DNA of 59,159 bases, the filler included, from Sphacelaria rigidula (lineage: Eukaryota), in NCBI GenBank assembly GCA_964200075.2. It is 7 parts of 7 records of this genome, joined end to end, with 100 filler letters (N's around TTAATTAATTAA, not from the genome) between each part and the next. Parts side by side here need not be neighbours in the genome. Positions count along the whole stretch, not along the records: positions 33,865 to 42,229 come from CAXNAA020011376.1; positions 42,330 to 50,694 come from CAXNAA020011377.1; 5 more parts are not named here. One strand, 5' to 3'. Position numbers and translations under genes: made by a program. Under the pieces are notes generated by a model. That model searched no databases. It saw only the letters and a program-made list of their open reading frames with translations, and was not told where the DNA came from. Shown here one piece after another: positions 37,507 to 50,435 of this stretch. Numbering within the stretch: position 1 is the stretch's first letter; each line of letters starts with the position of its first letter.

Positions 37507-40320
37507 GTGAGGTACACCGAACGGTCGTCCGCCAGCATCGATCGCACTTGCACGCTGGCGACCGCATGGGAGAGATGTTCACGTTGCATTTGCCAACCAC
37601 TCTACGGCAATGATCGTCAGATGCGTTCGTTTTTCCCGTTCTTGCATGTATATAGTGTTATATATACGGGTATGTATATATCGCCATGGAGAATGAGGAG
37701 TCGGTTGAAACGAGCCGGGGTTTAGATAACGGTATCGGGAGAGAGGGAAGGGACTGATGCAGGCATGGTACTGTAGTTGCTTTGCAATTGAATGTATCCA
37801 GCAGTGAGCATTGGATGATGACCACACCCGCGACCTGTCCGTCCACTTTCATTTCATTTTTGTTTTTGTTCTTGCCAACTCAGTTTCTCCCGTTTGCGGG
37901 CAACGTAAACCAGAGCGAAAGAAAAAAAACGGCGATGTTTTGTTTCTCCCGGAGTTTCAAACAATGAAATTGATCCCCTGGCTACGAGTAGCGTTGCTTG
38001 ACTTTCGACAGTACTATAATATAATGCTGTAGTCTGACTGCATGTTTAGGGACGCTGCGGGAGTATACCAGTCGGCGATGTCGCTGTCCCGTTGATCGCC
38101 GGAGCAGCGCACTATCGAGCACATGTCGTGCGTACGCCGTCTTGATTCATTTGGGTGATTTATTGTCGCACGTTGACTAATGCACTTCGGATCTAGCCGT
38201 GGTCTTGGGTCATATGATGAAAGGTCGACATGCTTACTCGAGGTGAATGAATAGTTGTGCTAGTTTATCGCGTTGTGGTGTTCATCGTGGAATACATACC
38301 ATAACCCGGGAGGATAGCAGAGGGAGAGAGACGGATGGTGGCGGGAGCATGTACAAAGCCGAACCTTCCCTGATCGACTCAGTGACGGGGGCCACATGCA
38401 TCTTCTCGCTGCCATGATCCATACATGCGAAGGACCCCCCGCACTTGCCAACTGTACCGAATCTAATAGACCCATCATATACTACACGGTGCACGCGCCG
38501 CCAACCCTCACCCTCCATGCGCCGCTGTTTCCATCACCACCGTCGATTTCGCCCGCCCGTTCCGTGTCGACGATTCGATGTTCGCAATCTAGGCCTGTAT
38601 AGTCCCTGGATGCGTTGCTCAAGTTGTGCGTAAACTCGTAGAGACCCCCGTCTATGAAGCGACTCATTGGAGACTGTCATCATAATGCAAGATAATTAGT
38701 ACGCTTAGGGCCGATCAGTATTAGCAGGATGCAGGCGGGATGCAGCTCACCCTTCATGCGACTCGCCGAACATATCACGGCGCTTCGCGCGTGGTGATTG
38801 ACTGCGAGCCCGGTCCGGCGTGAACCCGGAATGCTCTGTCCCAGCTTCGTGGGGATGCGAGGTCAATTGTCAAATTACTATGGCATGCAAGATCATGAGT
38901 AACCCCCCCCCACCGCGCGCGCTCCCCTGCTCCTATCATGCGCGCTCTTGACACCCTGCTACTGTTCCCAACGTTCACTCCCCTGCGGTGTTCCAGCTTG
39001 CTCGAAAATGGGGCAAACACCACATCAACCACGACAAGGAGAGGAGATGGGAGTATGTTAGGGCGTCCACGAAGATCGCATGTCTGGTAAGGGGTTTTAC
39101 TAACGGACCTATTCCCCCCCCCCCAAAAAAAAAAAACTACGACTTTTCGGGTTGATTTTTCTTTCTCCGAACGAATTGCGAGCAGTTCTCTGTGAAAATC
39201 TAGCGTCGATTTTTTCCCCGTTACTTGTCCCCCGGAAAAATAGGAAAATTTTCATTTCTTGGAAAGAAATTGAGGAACCTACAAAGGAAAATATCCCGTT
39301 GGTAGGTCCTCGAAGGACCATTCCGCACGTGTACTTGTATCTTATTGCGTAATTTACTCTCTGCACTCGTACGGTGGCATTGAGTTTTTTGTTATACAGT
39401 ATATGTATATTCATACGTGTATGTCTGTATTGTATGCCCTCGCCTTGACCCATGCAGTATCGAGAAAACTTGTCGCTTGCAGAGACAGCTGCTGGTGTCG
39501 ATGCCTTGATGAAATTGTTTGTGTTGTGCTGCGCTGCAGATTCCGCATGTCATGTGCTGAGTGCTGCTGCAGGACGATGGTGCCTTCAAATCCTTGCCTT
39601 CCTTCCTTCACACATTGTTCATTTTTCCGTTTTGTCTTGTGGATTGTTTGTTTAGAAAAAGTTTGGACAAGACTTGCTTTTTTGTGACGTTTCGCTCTTA
39701 TTCACTTTACACTGTGGGGGGGGGGAGGGCTTGTGGTGTATCTCGGTTTACTGTAGCCCTTCTTTCATATATTCTTTTCATTTCTCCACCTCCGCTTTCC
39801 GTTTTTATATTCTTTCCTTCGAGAGTGCTTCCGTTTTGTTGTGTGTCACTCTGAGCACTTTTTTTATTTTGTGACGACGGCTGCATTCGTAACCAACATA
39901 TCCCACCATTACATGCCACTGTTGTTATGCCCAGTTTGATTCAGTCAGTCAAGTTATTCGCACACTGCACATGCCCCGTGCCATTTTTCAAGAGGTGTCA
40001 GTCTGTGGGCAGCCAGCTATTTGTGCCCTGTGCAATCCTGTTCGTTCTCATCTACATGTTTATTTTTATTTGTCGTGCTCACCAATCACCAGTCAAGTGC
40101 CCCAAAAGATTATGGTGCTTTTTATTGTGTAGGATAGGGAGAACCACTATGAGGAGAGAGGAGTGGCTAATTGAAGTCAAGTCAAACAGGCTCAAGTAAA
40201 ATGTAGGTGAAGGCAAATGTAGCAGTCATGTATAGATATCATAACCGGTATGCTTAGCGTCACCCTCCCCCCTTCACCCCACCCCTCCCTATGACGAACC
40301 CATCACTGTTGCTCTTGTAG

Positions 40321-40465
40321 GTGGCGACGATAACTGCAGTGCTGACGTATTTCCCGGGGGAATATACTCGCACGAGGTCCTTGGAGAAGTTCAAGAACCT
40401 GTTGAACGAGGGGGATTTACCTGATACATACTTCGAGCCATCCTTTGGACTTTCCGTAGACGGAA
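40321..40465 (+). CDS. CLC: CLC exon c
   Basis: ttgtag|...|gtgagt; VATITAVLTYFPGEY...; its phase-1 end fits exon d. A short exon between b and c may be missing. Confidence 0.8.
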
Positions 40466-41394
40466 GTGAGTGCGCACAAGTTTTTTCGTCGGGATTCGAA
40501 CTCGAAAGAAACTTCCGCCCTGGCTGACCGCTGCTGCGCTGTTGTACTTTCACCACCTGGGCATGCATTTTTTATGTTTCTCCTGCGTTCTCGCTTGTGA
40601 CCGCCCCCCCTTCCGTAGGACGAGTCCGCGGTCTGAAGGGATCAACCCATCTGTTCCCCAGTTTATATTGAGATCATGAATACCAAAAACATACCGCAGA
40701 GAATGGACGCCTTTGTCGTGCAGTTCCGGGAATGATAACAGTGTCGTCATCATCCTACCGGTCGTGCGCACATCTGTTGCATATTTTTGTGTCCATTTTT
40801 CTTCATTACGCTTCACTTTAACCTTGCCTTCCTTGGGACGCGTCGGTCGTCTCATGTCTCATGTCTCATGATTGATTGATTGATGAATTGATTGAGTGTC
40901 GCACTTTAGCTGACCAACCATGGGTCCAGCCGTGGACGCATGATGGACGTGCTGGGATCAACCCATCTCTCCCCCGGTACGCGCCTTACATTTTTGGTAT
41001 CCCAGATTGGATCATGACCAGCAACACTCCCGCACCGCGTCGGCTCTCGTCGAAAACATTCTGCCAAGCAAAATGTTTTTGGTGCTCACGCCTCGACGCT
41101 TTCGACGCCGGAAATGTGATGCATTCATCTCTTGCGACCTAATGGTGTCAGTTGTTCCGTTAGACAGCCGGGCCGCTGCGACGCTAATGTAGTAGAAATA
41201 TGTCCAAACACATCGCAACACGTGCGTCGGGATAATGTTTCACCCGCATGGATTCCGGAAAGTGACTATTTTTGGAGCGGATTATCGTGAACACATGGTC
41301 CGTATCTCTCTCTCTCACATGTCAAAGGTCGGCTACTGTCTTTCCTGCGGTGTTGCTTTCTTGTGTTGTCGCCGGACCGTGTCTCCAATGTCAG

Positions 41395-41495
41395 GCATAT
41401 TTGTCTCCCTCTTCGTGTCCATTGTGATCACTTTCATCACGGCGGCTCTAGGAACCAGCGTTACCGTCCCGTCTGGAGATTTCATTCAGACTGCG
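41395..41495 (+). CDS. CLC: CLC exon d
   Basis: tcag|...|gtgagc; SIFVSLFVSIVITFITAALGTSVTVPSGDFIQTA corresponds to helix M plus the PxGxFxP region. Confidence 0.88.
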
Positions 41496-41774
41496 GTGAG
41501 CTGACGAACACACGAAAAACTGACGAGTTAATGCTATTTTCTTGCTTGTGGTTCTTGCGTTTGCGGGGTTATGTCTACCTGCCTTTGCGTCTACTCGACT
41601 CGTGGTACCGAGGCGTGTATGTGTAACGTACGTCATGATCTGCTCGCTCGCATCGAAAGCTCTGTTTCTTGAGTGCACGTTGAGATCAGTTTTTTCTTGG
41701 AACAGTGAAAATACTGTTGGTCGATTTTTCCAGTGGCACTATCCTTGCCCTTCTTTTTTTTCTCCCCGTCACAC

Positions 41775-42229
41775 TGGGGTTGGCGTCGGTTGGCGATGAC
41801 GCCATAAAACACGCCACTTACTGCGGAAGCTAGCCAACCAGGTTACCGTTTTTTTGCGCGCGCTTTCGTTTTTTTCTTTTTTGCGGTAAGCATGATGGTA
41901 GTCGAGCTAGATAATGTTGTGCGGGGTGGGAGAACCTCAACTCCGCACAGTGGGGATGATCGTACTACGTAGTGCTTGAATGGTGAGACACCAGTATTAG
42001 CCATGGCTGTCTGTGGAAGTGGCGATACCAGAAAATAAAGCAACTCATTGGAGGCTGGCATCCAAATGCAAGATAACCAGCAGGGTTCAGGCCGAACAAT
42101 ATTAGCCGGATGCAGCTCGCCCTTACGCGACTCGCCGAACACATCACGGCGCTTCGCGCTTGGTGAGCCTGGTCCGGCGAAAACCCGGCGTGCTCCGTCC
42201 CGGCTTTGTAGGGGCGGACCCCCGATGGG
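41775..42229 (+). repeat. High-copy modular repeat family A
   Basis: Matches 58565-59016. Other pieces lie at 1-40, 13690-13790, 16935-17000, 27970-28050(-), 33865-33940, 34020-34095(-), 34170-34365(-), 36044-36090, 37150-37226 and 38720-38912. Confidence 0.9.
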
Positions 42230-42329
42230 NNNNNNNNNNNNNNNNNNNNNNNNNNNNNNNNNNNNNNNNNNNNTTAATTAATTAANNNNNNNNNNNNNNN
42301 NNNNNNNNNNNNNNNNNNNNNNNNNNNNN

Positions 42330-45300
42330 ACTCTCTTGGCGGGGGTAAAGTATTTTCGAACTTTGACATGCAGTCCGGCTACCACCAGCTCGTGATGGAT
42401 CTCAATTCCATTGAACTGACAGCGTTTTGCACGCCATCAGGTTTGTACGAGTGGTTGGTCACACCACAAGGTGCCGCCGGAGCTTCAGGTGCGTTTCAAC
42501 GTGTAATGTTCCGTGTAACTGATGGATTGCCCAAATGCCATGTATACCTTGATGATGCGGTGTGCCACAACTCCACACCGGCTGAACACGTCGAACAGTT
42601 GGCATCATTCTTTAACCGGTTTGAACAGCACAACTTGAAACTCGCACCCTCCAAATCCCGCATTGGCGCCACGAAGGTTGAGTTCTTGGGTCATTGCATC
42701 ACCCCCGAAGGTCGTAGCCCAAACCTCGACAAGGTCGCCGCACTCTCCGACATGCCCATGCCACGGGACATTTCTCAACTGCGTTCCTTGTTGGGAGGTC
42801 TGAGCTACTACAGACAGTACTTGCCAAACCTTGCCCAAAAGCTAAAACCCCTTACCACCCTCCTCAAAAAAGGGGTGAAATTTGTGTTCACATTGGAAAT
42901 GGAAAAAACCGTCCGCCGCCTCCTTGACACCCTTTCGCGCCCGCCAATTCTCGTCTTCCCCGACTGGTCGGCCGCGGAGCAGGGTTCCCGTCCTTTCCGA
43001 CTCCACACAGATTCTTCCACAATTGGGTTTGGCTGCACATTAGAACAGGAGCAAGTCGATGCTACTGTTCGTCCCATTGTCTATCTGAGTCGCACCACGT
43101 TTCCGAATGAACATAATTGGTCTGTCATGGAACAAGAGGCCGGCGCAGTTGTTTGGGGCGTGCGACGTCTGCGTCAGTATTTGTATGGCATCCCGTTTTT
43201 GATTTATGCCGATCACAAGTCATTGAAATGCCTTGCCAAAATGGCGGAACACAACGCTAGGGTCCAACGCTGGTTCGGAATCCTGTCGTCTTCCAACTTC
43301 CAACTGAAGTACCGCACAGGTCCCCAGAATGCAAACGCCGACTTTCTGTTACGCTTGCCCACACCAGCTCAACCTATCGATGAATCCACCATGGGACGTA
43401 TCACCGATCCCACCGAGGACATTGTATATTCATAAGCAGGAATGGACATAGAGGTCTCTACACACCACTTTCACTGATAGAAATGCCGGCCTTAGGCATG
43501 GGTGGGCTGACGACCACAGCCCACGCATCAGTCCTAGACAGCTTGCAACCTCAATCGTTCTACTCAGTTTGGAATGGACTGCCTACGAATACTGTTGGCT
43601 ATGATCATTTTCGTGCAACTATCCAGCGCATGGTTTTCGCAGCAGGTGTAGAACCGTCCTTTGCTGACGCCGTCTTGCCAGTTCAAGTTCGAGATTTGGT
43701 TTCGAGTAGGACTCGTGGACGGCGAACCGCCGAAAGGGCCACCAAATTAGCCGTATCTGGTCCTGATCTTCCCCTCCTTGCCCCCACCCCGGTGGCCGAT
43801 AGTTTCCTTGCGCCCCCGCAGCCTCCGCGACGCAAGGCCCCCAGGAAATCGATCCCCACCGTGCCGCCCCTGCCAACCATAGCCGAAACCACGGCTGTGC
43901 CCCCCTCCCTTGGTGATGATATTGCAAACACCACCACAACACCCTCTACGCTAATCGACGCAGGAGTAGACGTTACCGTTCCGTCTGAGTGTACACCAAC
44001 TGGTAGCTCATCCTTGACCCCGAAATCCCTGCTTCGTGCCAACCCCGCCCCGAACCGACCCCACACGATGTCGACGCTTCAACAGATGGTGTATTCAAGG
44101 AAAGTTTGACTCTCTTCTCCCACGCCGATTGGGCCCGGGAACAACAGGCGGAACTTGCTTGTAAATCAGCTATCCATTATCTATCTAAAGGTTGTTCATG
44201 TCCATTCTCAGGAACCAAATTCCTTTTGCCAGTCGGGAATCTCAAAGTGCCCACACAGGATAAAGTTACTGAACTTTCAAGGACAGGTATGCTCTATACG
44301 GACGATGATGGTATAGTTCTGTTGGTTCGCCGGCCCACAGCAGCCCTCTCCAGGGGAAAGCCTACAAGTCGACATGCCCGCTTGCTAGGTGATGAACCCA
44401 TCCGCATCTATGTCCCGATGCTCCTGCGCCCATGGGTTCTACACGAATGCCATTCACAGGCATTGACTCATTTAGGCGCCATTAGACCTCCCAGATGTTG
44501 GAATGTTTTCATTGGTGGTGTGTAAGGATCAGTGTTGTCGTTGGTGGGTGAGGCGTTGTGTTTTGTGTCAGGCGCGAAAAACTTCTCGTCAAACAGTTCG
44601 TTGGCCGATTGTTTTCACGCCACTCTCAAACGGGCCCGGCGAAGAAGTTTCGTGGGACTATTTTGGTCCTTCGCCCCTGACGGATAGTGGAGGAAATATG
44701 TATATTTTGTTGTTTACGGATAAATTTAGTCGACATACGGTGATGCACGCCGTCCCCCCCAGTAGTTATACCGCGGAAGGTACCACCAACATGCCTACAT
44801 GTACATCCCACTGTGGGGTGTGCCCAAACGCTTACTGTCTGACAACGGCCCGCCTTTTTCAGGCAAACTTTCAGCCGCCGTCAGTGACCTTTTGGGTGCC
44901 CATCGCATTTTTATTAGTTCATATCACCCCTCCACCGATGGTGGAACGGAACGAGTGAACCATACGACGGCACAGATGCTTGCTGCTGTAGCGAATGAGA
45001 GACAGATGGACTGGGATCTACACCTGCCCCTTGTCCAGATGAACTACAACAATTCAGTCAATGTCGCTACGGGATTGTCGCCGAATGAAATTTATATTGG
45101 ACGCATGCCTAGTTTACCTTTAACGGTATTCGAACGCAAAAATACAGGTGGACATCAGAGTCTGGATCGTGATGTTGCAGAGTATCATTTGTCGGTTAGC
45201 AATCGTCTTCGTCTTGCATATGAAGGGGTACGAGAACAGAACCAGATCAATTTGGCCAAGGTGGGTAGGGCGAACTCGATGTTGGATGATGTGGTGCATA

Positions 45301-46291
45301 ACCGCCCGGTGTGGAAGGTAGGCCAATGGACATGGGTGTATAATGATGTGAAGACCATCAATCAAGGGGCTAGCTTGAAGTCATCATCTTTGGATAAAGT
45401 GTTGAAGGCGAAACTATCCTTGAATTGGACTGGTCCTTGGGAAATTTTAGCTGTTGGTCCGAGCGCTACCGCACCCGATAAGAGTCCGGTGGGAGCGAAA
45501 ATTTTGTATCTAGATTTTCCCACAGATGAAATCGCGTCTCGATGCTACGATGCAAACCGTGTATCCCCCCTCATGACTCCTCCGACATACACAAACAACT
45601 GCCGGTAGGGCTTAGTCAGTATGTGTTGACCGAGTATGCGATCAAAACTCCGCCGTATCATATGACGGCCGAGGATGCGGACGCACCCCTGAAACGTGTT
45701 GAGGTGGATAGGATTTTGGGTCATGAACTGGTTCGCGGTCGTGGAGGTAAGATAGCGGTAATGTACCAAACACATTGGAAGGGTATAATGCGTGTTACGT
45801 GGGAGCGTGAGGTTGATTTGCGTTATTTTCGTCGGGAAATATTGCTGTACTGGGTAGGAGATACCGCCCAACACCGCCCGTTGAATAAGAGACATCGGTC
45901 GATGCGCAAGGGAGCTGCCGCTCGGGAACTAGGACGTGAACACTCAGCGCGGTTTGTTGTGACAGGCTATGGTCTTCTTTCGCGTTCACAATACATGCAG
46001 TGTTTTGATGGAAAACGATTGCCGAAAGGGCCATATTTTTGGTATAAGGTCTTGGATTCACTGTGGTGGTTGGGTAAAATTCATTTGGTCGATCCTGCAT
46101 CTGACCACCCCTACTTGATCCGTTTCCTTGATGACCCGAGCCCCCTTAAGATTCGCTTGGATGATGCGTACTACACCGAGGAGCCGACCGCTCGGAGGGG
46201 ATCCTGGTGCCTCCAACGCCATGACCAAGGCGAACTCGAAACCGCCGTTCTACGGAACATTGACACTGCTTGGGATGCAGATGACTCATGA
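42330..46291 (+). pseudogene. pol: Ty3/Gypsy (chromovirus-like) pol: RT, RNase H, tether, integrase, chromodomain and a PWWP/Tudor-like tail; disrupted by stops and frameshifts
   Basis: RT: FDMQSGYHQL and YLDD. RNase H: LHTDSS, EQEAGA, YADHKSL, NANADFL. Integrase: H..H/CVLC, WDYFGP, DKFSR, SDNGPPF, YHPSTDGGTERVN, WTGPW. Chromodomain: EVDRILGH..YQTHWKG..TWE. Confidence 0.96.
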
Positions 46292-46865
46292 TGCCGCATA
46301 CGAGTCTGCTTCCCCATTTACGTTGCGTAGTGTACCGCGTTCGAGTCGCTTGTCTTGCATTGTAGCGTCGATGGAAAACCATGTGTTCCGCCCTCCTTCC
46401 CCCCTTCATCTTTTTCGTACTGATTCGCCCCGTACTTGTAGCGGTTGATCTTGTGTTTTGTAATTGGTATTTGGTGTTTAGTTTTTGTATATTTTGTATA
46501 TTTTTGTGTTGTGTTTTGTTTTTTGTTTTTTTTATTTGTTTTTCGTGTGTTTTTTTTGTTTTTCTTCGTTTTGTTTTTTTTCTTCTCTTTTCGCCTCGTG
46601 TATGTGTGTGTGTGTGGGTGTTTGTGTTCAATGGGTAATTTTCTTGTCTGAGTTCATCTGGCAAAGTACACGTGACGACCGTTCCATTCCTGACCCCGAG
46701 TCTGGAACCTTGAACCTCCGTCCTCCGCGCCGTACGTTCACAACCATTCCGTCTACTGGAACAGTTGCCACGAGTTATTTATTTCTTCATTTTTTTGTAC
46801 GCACATCTTGTCTTGCTTTGTTATTATATGATCTTTATTTTTGATTTGTTTGTTTTGATGGAAGA

Positions 46866-47165
46866 GTTTCCGGAGCAAGCGCTAGCCATACCTGACGCCC
46901 ACGTCTGGAATAATTGCGCGCTTGTTCAATCGCTCCGCACGCGAATGCCGCCTCCCTCTTCGGGACCGGTCATGACGTGCCCTTTTGTGTCATATGTTGT
47001 CGCCTTTTTTTTTAATTCTTGTCTTTTCGGTTGAAAGTTTTAGGAGCGAGCGCTGCATATACCTGACCGCCCCGTCCGGAATAATTGCGCTCTTGCCCAA
47101 CCGCTCCGTACACGCATACCGCCTTCCCCTTCAGGATCGGTAATGACGTGTCCCCTTTTTGTGTG
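46866..47165 (+). repeat. Diverged tandem repeat (about 171-bp period) in the Gypsy 3' region
   Basis: ggagc.agcgct...acctgac...ggaataattgcgc...cgctccg...atgacgtg occurs at about 46866 and 47037. Confidence 0.8.
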
Positions 47166-49263
47166 CGTACCACGTTGAGTTTTTTATTAACATGGGTTTG
47201 CCTGATATGTTTTGACCTTATTGGCTGAAACTTTCGACCCTGCTGGCTTCATACACACGATAACCGCTCCCGTTTACAACGGCGGTTGCCACGTGTTGTC
47301 TTTCTGCTTCTTGTTACGGATATTTCGTTTTCGCTGTTGCCGAGCTTGCCCCTGGTTTTGTATTTATTTTGGTTTCGGTTTCTGCGTCTATGTCGGGAAT
47401 TTCGCCACGAGTGTTCCAACGTTCCTGACCCTCTAGTCAAGACCACTTGGCCTACTTGTTTTTGCGAGTCCTGCCGCATGTGACCGACCTCGTTTATAGG
47501 AGGGCCACGGGTAATGCGACGCGATGATTTATATTTTGGTGATTGGTAAGTTACAACGAGGCCACCACTGGCCGCGTCGTACATAGCGGTGTTGACGAAT
47601 TGTTATTGAAGTCGCGGTATGATCGGTTGCAAACGTCTCCTCATACAGGACCATTACGTACCATGATGAGGTAGATTGCTCTTCCGGAACTGCCCGTTCC
47701 GCAATGTCGATATTCGACCGTTGCTACAGCCTACAGGTTCAGAGTCCGCCACTCGCTATTTTTTCCCGTCACGTTTACCATTTTTTTGCGTACAATTACC
47801 CACCCCTGAGATCGGTCGGTGGTGTTTTGTTTTTATCAGGGATTGTTGGACGAAGTAACGTGAAGGTACGACCGGCTGTGGTTTTTACTCCAGTTTGTGT
47901 TCGGGTCAGTCTCGTTTTAGTCCGAACGGGCAAATACTGGGAGGAGTGGGCTGCGTTGGTCCTCTCTGTCCAGTGTATTTATCGTGGTTCAGAAATGTTT
48001 TTGCCAATCCGCCTCGGAACTACGTAGTAGGCCCGAAGGTTGTGTATTGACTCCACCACGTTTCTTTTGACGTGCACGGACACCTGACCTCACAAACCGG
48101 TCGGTTGTTTTCGTATCGTCGTGTGAGAAAAAAAAGGAAATGCTGGACGGCTGGATCATCAACCAGACGTCCCAAGCAAGCCGTTGCGCTCACAAACATG
48201 TACCGACAGTTAACTCACGTCAAACGGGTTGACTTGTCCGTGTCATGCTAATTGTTTTTTTTTATCAACTTATGGTTTTCGCGGGAGACTACCATTTCCG
48301 CGACGAAATCGGCTGTACGTTGTTGGCTTTTGCTGATTGACTGGGATGAGTGATTAGCATGCACTTGGTTATCGAAGTGATATAATGCCTTTGCTGGCTT
48401 GCTTGCTTTTCCACCAATGACCTACAACAAATCGGACGTCCGAAAAAGAGTGAAATGTTTATTCATGATATAGTTATGGCAGGGTAGGATAATCGTTTCA
48501 ATGATAGGTCTCTGAGTTCCTGTGGCTATCCCGGAAATGCTCACGACACTCTGAAGACACTGCATTTTGTGGTATATGGTTTGATTGTTGAGTTTGGATT
48601 CTTTCTTTTTTCTTTTTTCTTTCCTATGACTTCGTCTGAAAGGCTCACGGAACATGAGAACAAGAACTATTGTATCGGTGCGATTTTTCTTCTTTGCTTT
48701 GTGCTTTTGTTTGTATGTTATCGATTTTTGTGTTGATCGCCCCTTCCCGTACCCCGTACCGACGACGACTCGACTTCCAAATGGAGTCTCAGTTTTCTGT
48801 GGTGTGAGAGAGGTGTGGCTCGATGCAAGTTCGTCCCTTTTTGAAAAGGAACTGCACTTGAACGATCCAGGATGGGTTAATGTGATGGTAAATGACTACG
48901 TGCCTGAATTATACTCGTTCTTTGGGATCCGCAGATGGGTCCCCAAAAACGACCGGCTGGTATAGAAAGATTCTAGTCGAATACATGCTGTATAATGCAG
49001 GATTTGAATTGTTTTTTTTGTTGAAGCGTTGATGTTGGAAATGGATTGTGCTCGATTAGCCGCGTGTACTTGCCGCTACTACAGCCTTGATTAGGTAAAG
49101 GTACCGCTCGTCACGGTGATTTTGTATTATGACAAGGTTGTAAGCGGGGCAGGAGGACGTACTGAGAGAATAGCTTTTCCCAGCTGTTGTATCTCGCCTA
49201 CTGAGGTCACTCGACACACCGACCGGTCTACAAGCACCTATTGGATAAAGAAGAGCTTTTTAA

Positions 49264-49360
49264 CCCTTAGACCGCGAGATCAGTCTTTCTGGATCATGCA
49301 TTCTTTTTTTTCTTGAAATTGATGCCGATTCAACAGAAGACTAACCTCGCGGTCTAAGGG
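49264..49360. mobile_element. 97-bp piggyBac-type MITE
   Basis: TTAA TSD at 49260-49263 and 49361-49364; TIR cccttagaccgcgag / ctcgcggtctaaggg. Confidence 0.88.
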
Positions 49361-49748
49361 TTAACCATCACCTACCACCTTCGGTCTCTCTACCTCCACG
49401 GTCGCGAGCCACAGCAAATGACGTGAGTCTCTTGTTGTGCTGTACTTTTACCCTCATTCACGATTAATATTGTATTCTGGCTTCGGGGCTGTGTGGTTAT
49501 CCCATTTGACAGCTGGGCTATTGTATTGAGAGATTGAAACAGCAGTTTGAGTGTAGCAAGTCAATCCAGGACCGCTTGTTGACACCTCACAAGGGTGTGG
49601 CTTGCTTGCGTTCGGCGTATACGGTTTTACTGCTTGGGGTATTGTCTATACCACCACAAAATGCTACTTGAGGTACTAGGGTTTGCAAATGAAATGCAGG
49701 GCATCTCGCAAAAAACTGTGAAGAACCCTGTGTAGCACGTCCTGCAGG

Positions 49749-50435
49749 GTGCTACGTGTCCATGTGTGTAGCGTTGCTCAACAGTATCCGGCTCTGATGC
49801 CGTCGTTGTTTCCGGGTGTCTTGGCGCATCGCGAGGTGCCTCACGTCTCTGTTGATGCTATGTGGTCTGCTTTTGTAGACCGAGAGGGTAATCTAACGCG
49901 CGCCATACGGGGCAAACCTTCTACGTCTGTGCGTTCACAACCTACGATTGTGTCCTCCGCTCATGCCCAAGGGTCTCGCGGCAGGAATTGGAGCTCATCT
50001 CGCGCTTCATGGACCCCCGACTCGGTCGCCGGTTCAGTTATGCATGTCCAGAGTACCAGAGATGCATTCAGCGCGAGGTTTGATGTTTGGTCGTTTTCCA
50101 AGGAAACTTGAGATGATGTTTATTTGACTCCAACAACGGCATTCATTACAGATGATCCCCATTTGTGTAACCCACTTCTTTCGTCTTCCGCTAGACGCAA
50201 TGCCTTCACCAGTCATGCCAGCAGTTGCATCAGCTGTAGTGTTCAAGGCCACAGTATGCGCGACTGCGACAGTCCATGCATCAATGCCTTTGATCTCATG
50301 AACCCTGAATTGCAGGACAATGAACCAGCGTGGCGCCGATGGCAAAAACGCATGCGCGACTATCGCCCACCTAATCGAAATTACTGTAACAGTTCAAATC
50401 AACGCGGCAACAAAAGCTGTAATCGCGATCGCTGA
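49749..50435 (+). pseudogene. gag: Decayed retrotransposon gag with CCHC zinc knuckle
   Basis: CISCSVQGHSMRDC (CX2CX4HX4C) at 50226-50267, followed by an R/N-rich tail; in-frame stop at 50109-50111. Confidence 0.7.

Noticed and set aside
46381-46844. Hydrophobic F/V/C-rich ORFs suggesting an env-like membrane protein
   Set aside because: They arise from a T-rich low-complexity tract in the retroelement 3' UTR.
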